From Squalus acanthias (lineage: Eukaryota), in NCBI GenBank assembly GCA_030390025.1, contig CM059437.1:19654001-19718000 (forward strand): 64,000 bases of DNA. Direction: 5' to 3'. Position 1 is the stretch's first letter, and every line of letters begins with the position of its first letter. The notes under the pieces were generated by a model. That model searched no databases and was not told the DNA's origin. It worked only from the letters and a program-made list of their open reading frames with translations. Positions 38,865-51,305 of the stretch are shown here, in pieces. The translations under genes were made by a program, and so were the position numbers.

Positions 38865-39173
38865 GCCTACTCCCTGCAGCACAGTAAAGAGGACCGCCTG
38901 GCCTATCTGAACCACATCATAGGAGGTGAACTTACACTGCAGTTGTTGTTTGTACTGTATGCCGTGCTGGCCTTGTCTTTCCTCTCTGGGTATTGTGTAC
39001 GGACTGCAGCCCAGATACTCTCCATTCTTATGCCCATTGTAGTTCTCTTTATTGATGGAAATGTGGGCTATTGGCACCATTCCCGCCGGATCGAGTTCTG
39101 GAATCAGATGAAACTGCTTGGGCAGAATGTGGACATTTTTGGTGCTGCTATAATTTTGGCTACAGATGGCTAA
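38865..39173 (+). CDS. TMEM101: TMEM101 coding exon 4 (terminal)
   Basis: ctacag|GCC TAC TCC: AYSLQHSKEDRLAYLNH...EFWNQMKLLGQNVDIFGAAIILATDG-stop. The four exons total 768 nt (255 aa plus stop). Confidence 0.96.
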   Translation, partial: AYSLQHSKEDRLAYLNHIIGGELTLQLLFVLYAVLALSFLSGYCVRTAAQILSILMPIVVLFIDGNVGYWHHSRRIEFWNQMKLLGQNVDIFGAAIILATDG

Positions 39174-42100
39174 TAATTTTTAAATGCGGCGTTCTTCAAT
39201 GCATGGCACAAATGAAACCACTGCCTTGTACTGCTATTTATTTGACATTTTTTTAAATGTATAGGTTCTTAAATATATTTTCAATATGGATCATATTCTC
39301 GGACGATTCTAAAGATAAACCGAACTGTGTATGAACAATTGCTTGGATACTAGTGAATATGCTAAATATCTGAGGGCCGACTTTCTGAATGTACGCTCCT
39401 GGCGCAGAGCCTCACCCTCTAGGACCGCGCATCGAGAAATCACGGCATGCTCTCGGCAGAGGAGCTTTCACGCCAGGAGTATATATTTGGAAAATCGGCC
39501 CACTTTTGTGGTCATTGATCTGCTCTTTTTACCAAAGTCCAATTTAGGTAAATTATATCAATTCTGTGTGCTGCATCATGAATGATAAGTAAGGCCCATG
39601 ATTTGTTACAGCGTGATGTCCTGTGATTTATGTAACCTCTTGTGATGTGTTCCTTTATTCTCCCAGCAACATCATTTGAAAAATTTCCATTAACGCCTGC
39701 AAATTGACTTCCTCCCACTTTTAAAATCCCCAGTATTTTTTTTCCATCTTCTATTTCCTTATCTGCTTGCCTCAGTTACTCATGCCATTAAGCTGAGCTG
39801 GAGCTGCAACGCTGAGGTATCAGCTGATCCACCTGGCGGCTTCAAGCACCTGCTGTGTTGAGCCAGTGATTTGTTACAGTCCGCAGGTGGGACATTTCAG
39901 AACACCGTTCCTATTGTAGGACGTGGTTTAGTTTTGACGTTAATGCCACGGACACGCCCAGCGGCACAGGTCAGCATTAAAGGCAATACATCAGCAAGCT
40001 CTACAGTGCTGTAGTAGTTTAATCCAAGTAAAATCAAAAACAAAGCATCTGATCCAAAAGGATTAATCTTCTAAAATGTCCCATTTGGTTCTGTAGCAGG
40101 GTGGGCAGGTGAATGGTGAAGCTAAGCCAGAAGATCAGCTGATGAATCAGCTCTGTAGTGCAGGTGGATACTGTTGGCCGGAGCAATATAGGTGTTGCTG
40201 TTAAGACGTAGCACCTATCTATCCTTTGAATGTAGTGATCATAATGTTTTAAACGTGATTATTTTTTCTTTTGTAAAGTAAGTGATTTGCCTAATCTTTT
40301 AACCAATTCCTGTGATTTTCACCCCCACCCCCAAATTTCTCTCTGCCCTGAGTTTTTTTGGGGGTAACTTTCTCTTGACAAATCACTAGCTTTAATAAGT
40401 CGTTACCCCTGGATGTATGTCAGGTTATATTTTTTAAAAAAAGGTAAAACTGCCTATTTTTTAATCTGAAAGTTGCTTTTCAGGATGCATCCATGAAGCC
40501 CTTTGTCTCCAATTTTTTAGTGAAACTGTGACAGTGAGAGCTTTGACGTGCTTCAAGGGGATCCCTCTTGGAGTCTGCCAACTCATCGGTGACATTCATT
40601 GAGTTTTTAGATCGACTCTGAGCTTTCTTTCTCTCTTGCCCCTTCTCTTCGCCCCCTTCCCCCACCACCACTGAACAAAATCTGTACTAAGACTTTGCAG
40701 CTCCTCAAAAACCGTTTTGTGATCAATCTGAAAACAGACCAAACAAATTGAAACCAGGAATAAAAAATTAACTTTTAGTGAGGAAGTAGAGGACATTTTG
40801 TGACCAGCCATATTATAAATAGTTAGTGTGTGCCCGATCAGAACGATGAAGGCATGAGTTGCGGTGGAGGTATGGATTATATGTCATGGCTAAAGGCTCT
40901 CTCCATCGGGTTTAATCCTAGTCTTGCCTCTTTTATAATTAATCTGTTTGAGGGGCTTAAATTGAGTTTATTATCTTTTTGCTTTTGTACTTGTTAGTGA
41001 ACACTTTTACAGGAATAGAAAGATCTTAAATGAGGAATTTTTGGGTGGCAAAAAAAACCACATGAAAGAATTCACAGCACAAACACTCTATGTTGAGGTA
41101 ATTTTGCTTGTCAATCAAAGTGCTTGTGCAATGTTGGGGCACCTGTTACTCCTGTGAATGGTGGCATCTGGATAATTTGCCTGAAAAATAGGCTCTCTAT
41201 TGTACATGATAATACTACTGCAGCCTTGTAGCTCATGTTTCTAAAATGTATATATATCTGAAGTCTTAACCATATTTCAGTGGGATTTAAAATCTCTAGT
41301 TTCTGTGATTTTTGCTGAAATTGGCGAAGAATATAAAACAAATATAATCTATCGTTGTTACTTATTTCCCATGAATAGCATGTTTATATTAGGTAGGTGG
41401 TGTGAATATGGATCAACTGGATCCAGTTCACTCGCTGCTATTTGTTTCTTGTTGGTTACATTTGTGTTTATATAGCAGGGACCTGTACTGTGTTTCCAAT
41501 GCAATGATGTTGCTGTATATACAAAGGGTTTAGATTGAGTGATGACACTTGATCTGAATTCAATCTGGGACCCATTAATAATGACGTACGTACTGGGGTG
41601 CACTATTCCTGTTTGTAATTTTTTTTCCCATATCTACATTTTACACTGTGAGTGCGTCTAGCAAACGGTGGAAGGAGGGAAAGAGACTTCATCCACCGTT
41701 GCTGCATGGGACTGGTGTCAAAATAGATTGAGCTCTGGCTTGTCGCCTTTTCTCTGCTACTATAAAAGTCAGCAGATGAAATGAAATTGGGCAATCTCAA
41801 ACCAATTCCTAGTTAAAGTCAGAACTGGCCATAATAACATGGCACTATGTTGGCCATCTGACCTGGATCTTGATAACTGGTGTGGGAAATGGGATACATT
41901 CTTACTGGTACAGTCGTGATGCTCTGCAGAGGTTTGGGATTAAGACATATTGTCGAAGCAAAAAATTGAGTGGGCTTTATTTCTTGAGTAACCATTGTGT
42001 ATTTGACCTGGGAGTGCCTTATATTAACATTGGATGCAAAAAGTGGAAAGTGTTCAGTTGTCCCAGCACTAATCTTTACATTCACATTAAAAAAGGAGCA

Positions 42101-45100
42101 CTGTATGAATGATTAAATGATCATCCTTGGGTAACTGTTCAAATTAAACTATCTGAAGCAAACTTGAACTCTCTTCTGTTTAAAGCTCTTTAAATACTTG
42201 CTGACTAATCTCAGGTGTCTTTCATGGATAATTTTTCAGAAACAATTGTATTTTCAATTTGATATATATTTAGAAAGACAAGTAGATTACCAGTCAACCA
42301 AAAAGTGTCCCATGGGCTAATTGGAACAAGTGTCCATTAATAAACTTGTAATTTTAAATTGTTTCAGTGCAACTTGTCTGCAATTAGAATGAAGTGGCGT
42401 TACTTTATATAGTGATTGAATTTCAATCTAAATACATGGTTTACAGTGTAATAGCAATATTCTTTCAAAAGTGGGTGCACTGTTGTAATTCAAGCATATT
42501 TAGGAGTTTTTACCATTTAATTCTGTGCTGCCTGACATGTATTCTCTTTATTCTACATGTATAATTTGGATTTATCTACAATTACCTTTTTAAAACAAAG
42601 TTGATTTGAAGTAGAAAATGAAAATGGATGTCACTAATGTCTTCACTTAAACAAAAGCCTATTAGAATACCCTTCAGTAAAAATGTTTTTGCTGACTTAA
42701 AAAAGATACATGTTAGTGCGGTATATTTTTGTCATTCACTTTTCCTCCATGGAGAACTGCCATTTTGCATCTTCTTGAGCCAAGTTTCTTCAATGACATG
42801 CAATCTCTTATCATTTACAATGCCTCCTGATGTGAGAGCAAATGGAAGCAAAGTTACAGCATTGAATACATCTCCAACCAGGTAGAAATGTTTTCTTTAA
42901 ATCAAACACAATTCTACAGGTAGAGAATACTTCATACTAAAAGTACTTCCCTAGGATTTTCTTTTATGAAATTAATACTGTAATTCTGGTACAGTAATGT
43001 AGCATCCAATTTTCCAATCCCATTGACTTTTGTGGCAGTCAATTGAATAAGGATAATTGTAAGACAAAAATAGTTTAAAGCTTTAACAGCAAATTAGATT
43101 GCGACGAAGTCCTCTATTCTCACCAAGCTAGTCAAATTCCATAATATGTACTCCACTGCTGGTAAATGTTCCAGTACATACATTAACTGTATGCTAAAAT
43201 AGGGAATGTGAAGCCAATTTCAAACATTCAATGATTACCTTGTGCTCTAATTGCCCTGTTGCAACTTGGAATCTTTGAATTTAGGTACTATGTCTTCCAT
43301 TTGCATGTGTTCTTCTGTAAGATTGTCTTTATTATCTGGTACTTCACCTTCCATTATCTGGACATGTATGTGTGTACACGTACAGCAGGTGGGCACTTAC
43401 GAGTATGTTCCACTCTACACACTCCTCAGAAAATATGGGAATAGTTTAACCTTACTTTATCTTCTCCTTTCATTCTTTCCTCCTTCTTGACATATGCCAT
43501 GCACTGCTTGGGAGGGAAGGGATGTGCTCTGCTTCCGGCCTTCTGCCAATGGTGCTCTGAAAATGTGTGGTGGTCTATGTTGATGTATTTTCCAACTTCC
43601 GCCCTGTGCCCTCCCCAACAGCCACCCCCACCAGGGTGGTGGTTGGGGGGTGGGAGAGTCACAGATGTAAATATAGCATTCATTACTAGCTTGTTGATTT
43701 TCATTGACCAGCTATCATTAAAGGTAAATTCACAACTTTCAATTTAAAAATGTAAATAAATCTAAATTGGATTTCTGTAACTACGGTATCCCATTGTCAT
43801 GTTCTTTCAAATATGTGTTTTGATTGAATTTCACAAACTGGGTGGTTCTAAGTAAACTATGTTGGGGTGTAAGGAAAACCCAATAGCTTGAATCTGATCT
43901 AAAGTTCATCATTAATAGATGTGAAAACTCAATGTATTTTATGTCAAAAATAATGTGACTTAAGAACAGTAAGGCTTGTCTTATTTAGTGATCATTGATT
44001 AAATGGGTGCATTTTTTTTTGGATAAACATAACCCTTTATTACTGTATTTGCCAATTGGAACTTGAGCCAGTAACATGAGGTCTTTTCTGTGCACACTTG
44101 CATACTGTTTACATGACCTTGATGGGCATCAATGCTAACGTCATAGTATTTCATAATTAGATGTCAGGAATATTTCTTCCCTCTGATGCTTCCCCAACCC
44201 CCAATTAATTGTCAAGGACTTTCTCCAAATATGTTGACATTTTTGTGACTCTGCAAACACAGTGAAGGGATTTTAGTCATGGAACATTTTCTGTTTATAA
44301 AGATGCTTACAAAATCTGTTGCAATATATAGGAAAAAAAAATTCACGCTGACACCACAAAATCTAATGCTTCTAATGTAAAACCAATCAACACTCCCCTC
44401 CTTGTTGAGCTTTCCTCCGAAGCCTAAGGATTTGAAGATATAATTGAATATATTGGTGTAATTTAGTTGTGCTGTGGTATACACACTGCCAAGTGCAGTG
44501 ATTTTCATTTCAGCCATTTATAGGTGTGCAAGATCACGAAACACAACATGTTGTCATCTTACACAAGCTTTAAAGTTCCAATGTTGCACTGTCATGAAAG
44601 TTGCATATGCAGACTTAAAACTAAAGCAACTGTATTTGAAGAACTGTACACTCTCTCATGGTAAGAGCTTTATCAGCTAATGCTGTTAATGAAAATAGAA
44701 AATTAAGACCAAATTAGTTTAGAGTTCAATGTAAACTAAGCACACTGACCAGATAAGGTCAGATGAACAACCTAAGGAAATACATTGAAATTTTCTTATG
44801 GTTGTTAAATTTTATGTTAGTCAAAGCAATTTTAGAAATGTGACCAGAGGGACAATAGAAAGCATCTTTCAGAAGGATCTGGACTGCTGAGGAACAGTGC
44901 ATCTGAGAGTTTTTGACACATGTTTCTAATGAAACTCTGCATAGTGATCTGATTTGTCATGGGCTTGTACTTGAGTGATTGTAATACATGGCAGCCACTC
45001 TATTGTACCAGTGTGGCTTAACTTAAAGCTAAGAGTAGGTCTGATCCTCGGTGAGACTGGATTTTTCACCCATTGTTGAGAAAATCTAGTCCCAACATGT

Positions 45101-45940
45101 CTGTTGTGCAGAAAACCCCACCACTAAAACGTGCATGTATGGAAAGTGTAAATGTATGGACACTGCCTGTTGTATACTTGAAATACTTTTACTGCCAGGA
45201 TTATCTTTCTTTGTGTAGCCAGCTCAGAATTTTTCAATATATGAACTGCACTATTGGCAATGTATGACTGAAAAATGTTTACACATTTGAAAAAGCATAA
45301 TGTATAAATTTTATGTAACTAAATTGATACTTTTATTAAAAGGCTCAAAACACCTTTCATTCAGTACCAATAATGTGTGTGTGCTCCCAATTTTTTTTGT
45401 TGAGTTCATATTAAAACCTTTTAATAATGAAGTCCAGAACCATAAGAAATGTTTCCCATACACTAGATGAAGCTTTGATAGAGTTGAAAGTGGAACTAAA
45501 CTTCAAGGTTTTAACTGTAATAAAGCTTCAAAAGTACTTTTCATAATTTCTCAATCTTTCAGAAAGGTTTTCCTCAAACTTCTACTTATTGCCAGGTTTG
45601 TCTTGATGTTTGCTAGTATGTCACATGGAAAACTATTTCACTTTGGTTCTGTAACTGTTGCTGTAATGGTATTGCTGTTAGGGTTCTGATACATAAACAG
45701 TGCTTCAACCCCTAGTAATTCCAACTGTTGTCATAGGCGAACAAGTTATGTAAGAACAGCACTATCATTCATTGTCCAAATGAGTAAATGTCTGTCGGCA
45801 AACCTTTTGCATTTCCTCTGCTTTATAATGTATTCATTGAGATTTTTTCCTCTCCGACCCAGTTTACATTTTGATATGTTAGGGATTTTTTTCCCACCAT
45901 AAATATGTTACAATAAACATATTGTGTAAAAACAACCTTG
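39174..45940 (+). other. TMEM101: Putative long TMEM101 3' UTR with several candidate poly(A) signals
   Basis: AT-rich, TGTA-rich and largely free of the SINE/LINE copies dense elsewhere. AATAAA at 40759, 42339 and 45912 (the last followed by a T/GT-rich tract); ATTAAA near 45335. Confidence 0.4.
39374..39501. mobile_element. 128-bp hairpin MITE in the TMEM101 3' UTR
   Basis: gggccgactttctgaatgtacgctcctggcg versus the reverse complement of the right end, gggccgattttccaaatatatactcctggcg. Confidence 0.8.
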
Positions 45941-48095
45941 TGCTTTTTCTATTTTGTAACACTTCTGTACTTAAACCTGTTAAATAATTTTCAACCTGGT
46001 AACTCCCTTACTTCCCCTCCCCCCCACTCCCTAACTTAAACCTCAAATTAAAAATTTTATAATCCCCTTTCCCCCCCCCCCCCCGTATCTTATGACTTTA
46101 AAATCCAAGTTCCAGCGCACCTTGACCTGTGAACTACTCAACTAAACAACTCTTGAAAAATTGATATCCATAAAACATCAAATGTGGAAGCAATGTTTGT
46201 ACAATGCTTTTTACTTATAGAAGGCAAAACTGAATGCAGTAAAATTCATGCATGTTTTGGCTGGACCAGCTTCAGTTTGTCCAGACAGCTGCTGTCCCAA
46301 ATCTTTGTCCAAGCCCCTTAGATTATGGACATTTGAAAGTGGTTTCCTTTACATTTAAGAATCAGTTTGATTTGTTTTTTAATGATAGCCAGGATTTCAC
46401 AGGAATTGCTGATGGACTGGTCTGGTGTGGAAGAAAAGAATCATGGTAGATGGAGAGAGCACTTGATCTGGTTGCTTTTGTTTTGCAAAAGTTCATTATG
46501 GTGTAAGCACCATGATCATTTGTGACATCTGTCCAATGTGGTATCAGATAATCTAATAGCAGACACATTTCATCTCACTAGCACCGCATCCAAACTCTGC
46601 TCTAGGAGCTGACTACATTGCAAAAGCTCCTATATGTGCTGATTTCCCTGGACACCCTTTGCTCCACATTCGCTTTGAGCGCAGAAGACAACACTGTCTG
46701 AAGGGCACCCGAGAACAAGACCTAGGTTGACAAGAGAGCAGAGGAGGAATGGAGACTGGTGTGGAAATAGACCCTCACAGCTACCACTGCAGCAGAATGT
46801 GAGAACACCAGCTAAGGTAAACATTTGAGTGTACTACACCCCATAGATGCTTCCCAAATTCCATCCTTCTGTGGGTATTGACTGTTTGAGGGGCTGTGGT
46901 CAGAAAGGCACATTGCTACGTAGGATCCGGCAATGCTTCTGTATTTAGCAATTCTGGATAACAATCTGGAAGTTTTCATCCAAGAGCTATTGAGGCAGTC
47001 ATTGTTGCCATTGCGGAAGCAGCAATTGCTCAGAGCCTCTTCCTGACATCGCATCTTAAACACTGGTCCTGGATAGTGTGGAAGTGAGTTATGCTTCCAA
47101 CAAATGAGATGAATGACCTGTTTTTTGTGGTGGTTGAGGGAGGAATGTTAACCTGAATTGTTCTGGATATCAAAGCATCCTATTAGCTTTAATAATTGCT
47201 ATCCCATATTAATGAACAATAAATCCATAAACTATGCAAGAAATATTCATCAAAAAGATATTAGATAGGTAGGGATACATTTTATTGGGGAATGAGGAAA
47301 GAGCTGTCTCTCCCCAGAGGGGGCAAAAATGGTTGCCCTTGGCTGAGGAGCCCTAGATCAGGGACCCAGTCTTTAAAAGATCTATCATTCTGGAACATGG
47401 ATCTCATATGCAGGTCTCTTCTCATATGATACAGATCTCATATGCTGGTCTCTTGTATGATACAGATGGTGGAAAAGTTGGAGGAGCTCATAACATGCAT
47501 CTAATACAATTCAAGAGGTATGGCATAATGCAGTGAACATGCTGGTGACAGTCCAGGGGATCAATGCAGCCGTAAGATGTCAGTAAGAGGCTCTGAGCAA
47601 TTGTTGCTTCTGCAACAGCAACAATGACTGCTTCCAGAGATATCCAGAGGCGTACCCTAGATCAGGGCTTTCAAGACTTAATTGGAACTATTCTACCTTC
47701 TCATGCAGACCATTAGTCCAACTGAGTCCATTTCAAACACTAGCGGGCTGCAAGGAGTGAGTGCAGATGTTGCTACTTCTCATGGTAGTGACAATATATC
47801 TGCATCAATGCAGCCCCATCTGAAATCCAGCAGAGGAGGATGCTTCTGGCATAGGCCGAGTAGGCATTGGATGCGCAAACAACTTGAAACCTGAAATAGG
47901 TCCTTCGAAGACATCAGCTTCACTGAGACGATTGCCACCTCAGTCCTTGAGGGCTCCATTAGTACAGTCTGTCACAACTTCCTGACATTGAGGTAACATC
48001 ACGTAAGTGTAAGATGTTAGGGTCACGTGTGAAAAGAGTTTTAGGCCCAAGGGTAGTAAGGCACAATGAAAGGTCAAAATGGTCAAAACTTGCTT

Positions 48096-48546
48096 GTGTC
48101 AGCCGTGGCTCAGTTAGTAGCATTCTTGCCTCGGAGTCAAAAGTTTGTGGGTCCAAGTCCTACTCCAGAGACTTGAACACAAAAATCTAGGCTGACAATT
48201 CACTGCAGTACTGAGGGAGTGCTGCACTTTCGGAGGTGCCGTCTTTCGGGTGAGATGTTAAACCGAGGCCTTGTCTACTCTCTCAGGTGGACATAAAAGC
48301 TCCCATGGCACTATTTCAAAGAAGCGCAGGGGACTTATACCTGGTGTCCTGGTCAATATTTATCCCTCAATCAACATCACAAAAACAGATTATCTGGTCA
48401 TTATCACATTGCTGTTTGTGGGAGCTTGATGTGAACAAATTGGTTGCCGCATTTTCTATGTTATAACAGTGATTACAAAAGTATTTCATTGGTTGTAAAG
48501 CGCTTTGGGATGTCCTGAGGTCATGAAAGGTGCTATATGAATGCAA
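48096..48546 (+). mobile_element. Deu-domain SINE, near full length
   Basis: gtgtcagccgtggctcagttagtagc head through gaaaggtgctatatgaatgcaa tail. Confidence 0.85.
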
Positions 48547-48689
48547 TTTTTTTTGGTAAATGTACATTTCTAGCAATTTGATGTATTTTTTCAAGGGTGG
48601 CCTCCATATAATTCATCTTATATGATGATTAATATTTGTAACTGTCCTCTCCCAGAAAGAATATTAGAGATACTACAGATTAGCTGAAT

Positions 48690-50117
48690 GGTTATCTGAG
48701 AGCAAGGCAAGGAATAAAGAAGGGCTTTATTTTGTCATGCAGATGGAGGGAAATCTCTATATTTGAAGAAGTTGGTGATGCTCTCCTGATTGATGACACG
48801 TGCTGCTGGCAGCAGGGTGCAAAGGCCCATCTTCCACTCCTGAGATTCTTCATCGTAAGCAACGGATTGATCTCCAACACCTCCCTCTTCACTGCCTGTG
48901 CTTGAAAGGCCCTATCCCAATCCCAATCCCAATGACCAAATTATGGAAGATGCAGCAAGCCATCACAATTCTGGAAACCCTTGCTGGACTATATTGCAGG
49001 GCTCGCTGATCTGTCTAGGCATTGGAAACAGGACTTGAGAATTCTGATGGTCTGTTCCATCATGATCGTGGTAGCGTCCAAGGTCTCATTGAATCTCATT
49101 TTGGCCTCTGTCCTTGGATTCTGAAAAGGTATCATCAGCTAAGGGTGAAGGTTACCCTTTGTCTATCAGCCACCTTGTCAGCTTGCTATGGCTGAGCAGT
49201 GCAGGTACCTGCATTGCTTGAGAATAAACACATCATTGCTACTCCATAGGTAGCATACACTGACATGCGTATTGAGGTGGCTAACATCACTCATTATCTG
49301 GACATTCAGGGAATAAAATCTCTTCCTATTCATGAAGTTGATGGGGCTTTCCGACAGGGCCTTTATAGCCACATGAGTTGCATCAGTAGTATACTTGTGG
49401 GAATTCAGCCATTCGGAAGAAACTGATGGGTCTCTCTGCTTTGCTGGGTCCATATAGAATTGAATGAACTCAGACATGCTTAATCCAGCGATGCACTGCC
49501 GACTGACTGATGTGACTAATGTCAGGAGCGACCACCTGGTAGCATCAGCTGCAGAAAATTTAATTGCTGTTGTCGCTTTCACAGCCACAGACAAGGCAGT
49601 TCCCCTGGTGGAAAGAGGTTGCCAACTGCTGCCATATCTCTAACAGTATCAAGGGGTAAGTGCAGCTTTCTTAGACACTGCCTATATGAAAACTCGAGAT
49701 TGATCCTCCATTTTCTTCCTCAAAGCAAAGGAACTTTGGAATTCCCAGAGGGAGTTCCATTTAAATTCGCAGTAAGTTTCACAAAGTACCTTTAAATGCT
49801 TAGAAACTGTAGCTTCAAAGTAGTGGAAATGACTCCCAGCTAGAATGGCGTTGCAGAATGGCATACTGTGTGACCTTTCACCTTCCCAATCTCTTCCCAC
49901 CTGTGGGCCACCACACATGCTCAGCACTGCCGCCTTTACAGTAAGTGGGTATAAACAAAGAGTAATATCAGGGCCACTTGGCAATTTTCCCCACTTCATT
50001 AGTTCCGGGATGGAAATTACGGCAGCCATTTTTAGAGGCAACAAGCCTGTCTGCTCCATTTTACTTGCCAGTCGGCCTCTACACCATCTGAAAATGGGTG
50101 AAAGCAAAATGAAGGCC
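48690..50117 (-). mobile_element. Decayed PIF/Harbinger (HARBI1-like) transposase with a putative terminal repeat
   Basis: Minus-strand DATHVAIKALSESPINFMNRKRFYSLNVQIMSD...WSSNDVFIL and, further on, GWLIDKG.P, EQTIRILKSCFQCLDRS, which are Harbinger DDE motifs; many stops and frameshifts; ends gcaaaatgaaggcc at 50117. Confidence 0.75.
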
Positions 50118-50127
50118 AAGGTATTTT

Positions 50128-50445
50128 TTATTATAACAGAGAAGGTTAAGAGGTGATCTGATAGAGGTGTTCAAAATTAAGAAGATTGGTGAGTCAGTAA
50201 CTAGAGGAAATATATTTAAGATCATCATCAGAAGAATGAAGAGTTTAGGAGAATTTTTTTTTTACAAAGAGGTTGATAGGCATGGAATGCCCTACCAGCA
50301 ACAATGCTGGAAGCAGAATCCATAATAGCTTTTAAAAGGGAACTAGATAAATATATTTTTTAATACTGGGAATGGGACTAAGAGGATAGCTCGTTCAGAG
50401 AGCTGGCACTGGTGCAATGGGCAGAATAGCTTCCCTTTTTCTGTG
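50128..50445 (+). mobile_element. CR1 LINE 3' fragment
   Basis: gagaaggttaagaggtgatctgatagaggtgttcaaaatt...gagagctggcac...atgggcagaatagc. Confidence 0.7.
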
Positions 50446-50989
50446 CAGTACTTTTACTGACCATTTAACCTATTAATTCTTCTCTGTGACAGACTTCAGC
50501 ATTCCTACATGTTATTCTCTTCCTACTCCTTTTTTTGGTTCAGTCCTATTAATGGGCTCAGTGATACTCCAATTTCCAGTTCTGACAAAGGATGTTTACC
50601 TCTCTCTACAGTTCTTGATGGACTGGTGTTTTCAGTATTTGCAATTTTTTTTTCTTTTTATTGGTTGTCATGGATTGTCTTGGTGTATTCTGGGCATTGT
50701 AGTTCCACAGCAGCGGAGTGAAAACAACAACTTCCATGATACATTTCTCACACAACCACACAGGATCTGTCCATTGGAGCTGCAAATCAAGGGCCAGGTG
50801 AAAATTTCAACTCCAGCCACAAGCTACAGCCAGAAGGACAGGCCTATTTGGGAGTAACTTCTTGCAGACATTTCTAACATTAAATATCAATCACATGGGT
50901 ATGTTTACTGTTTTCTCTTTATGTTAATGCCTATTACATTATAAATGTTATTTCTAGCTCAGGATACTCACCTGAAGGAAGAAAGGAAA

Positions 50990-51305
50990 TAAAGAATCTG
51001 CATTTGTTTTCTACCTCATCACATCATTCAGAAATTAGTTGATTTTAAGTATTGTTATGTAAGTGAACATTTTGTGAATAGCAATGGAGGAATGTTGGCT
51101 AAGACTCTAGGATAACTTCCTCCTCTTCAAATAGTGGCATAGCATCTTTAATGTTCACTTTGAACCCGATTAAGATCTGATTCGAAGCACAGCATCTCCA
51201 ACAATGCAACACTCCCTTGGACTGCACTCAAGCGTCATCCTAGATTAGTGGACCCACAACCTTCTGATGCAGAGGTTGGTGTGCTTTCAATTGAGTTAAG
51301 CTATC
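50990..51305 (-). mobile_element. Deu-domain SINE (degenerate)
   Basis: ctcttcaaatagtggcat...gcatctccaacaatgcaacactccc...acccacaaccttctga. Confidence 0.6.

Noticed and set aside
40480-40811. Short minus-strand ORFs and a possible acceptor at 40483
   Set aside because: No recognisable protein similarity or consistent exon structure; the region lies in the probable TMEM101 3' UTR.
47395-47465. Short tandem duplications (also near 27440-27505, 37170-37210 and 38640-38682); CRISPR-like arrays
   Set aside because: These are two-copy local slippage duplications with no repeat-spacer structure, in eukaryotic DNA.
48096-48180. tRNA gene-like A/B boxes (also at 14766, 15642 and 11140-11213)
   Set aside because: They are the tRNA-derived heads of SINEs, with no complete cloverleaf.
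49178-49594. Domesticated HARBI1-like gene
   Set aside because: Catalytic motifs are degenerate and neighbouring segments carry stops and frameshifts, consistent with a dead transposon.
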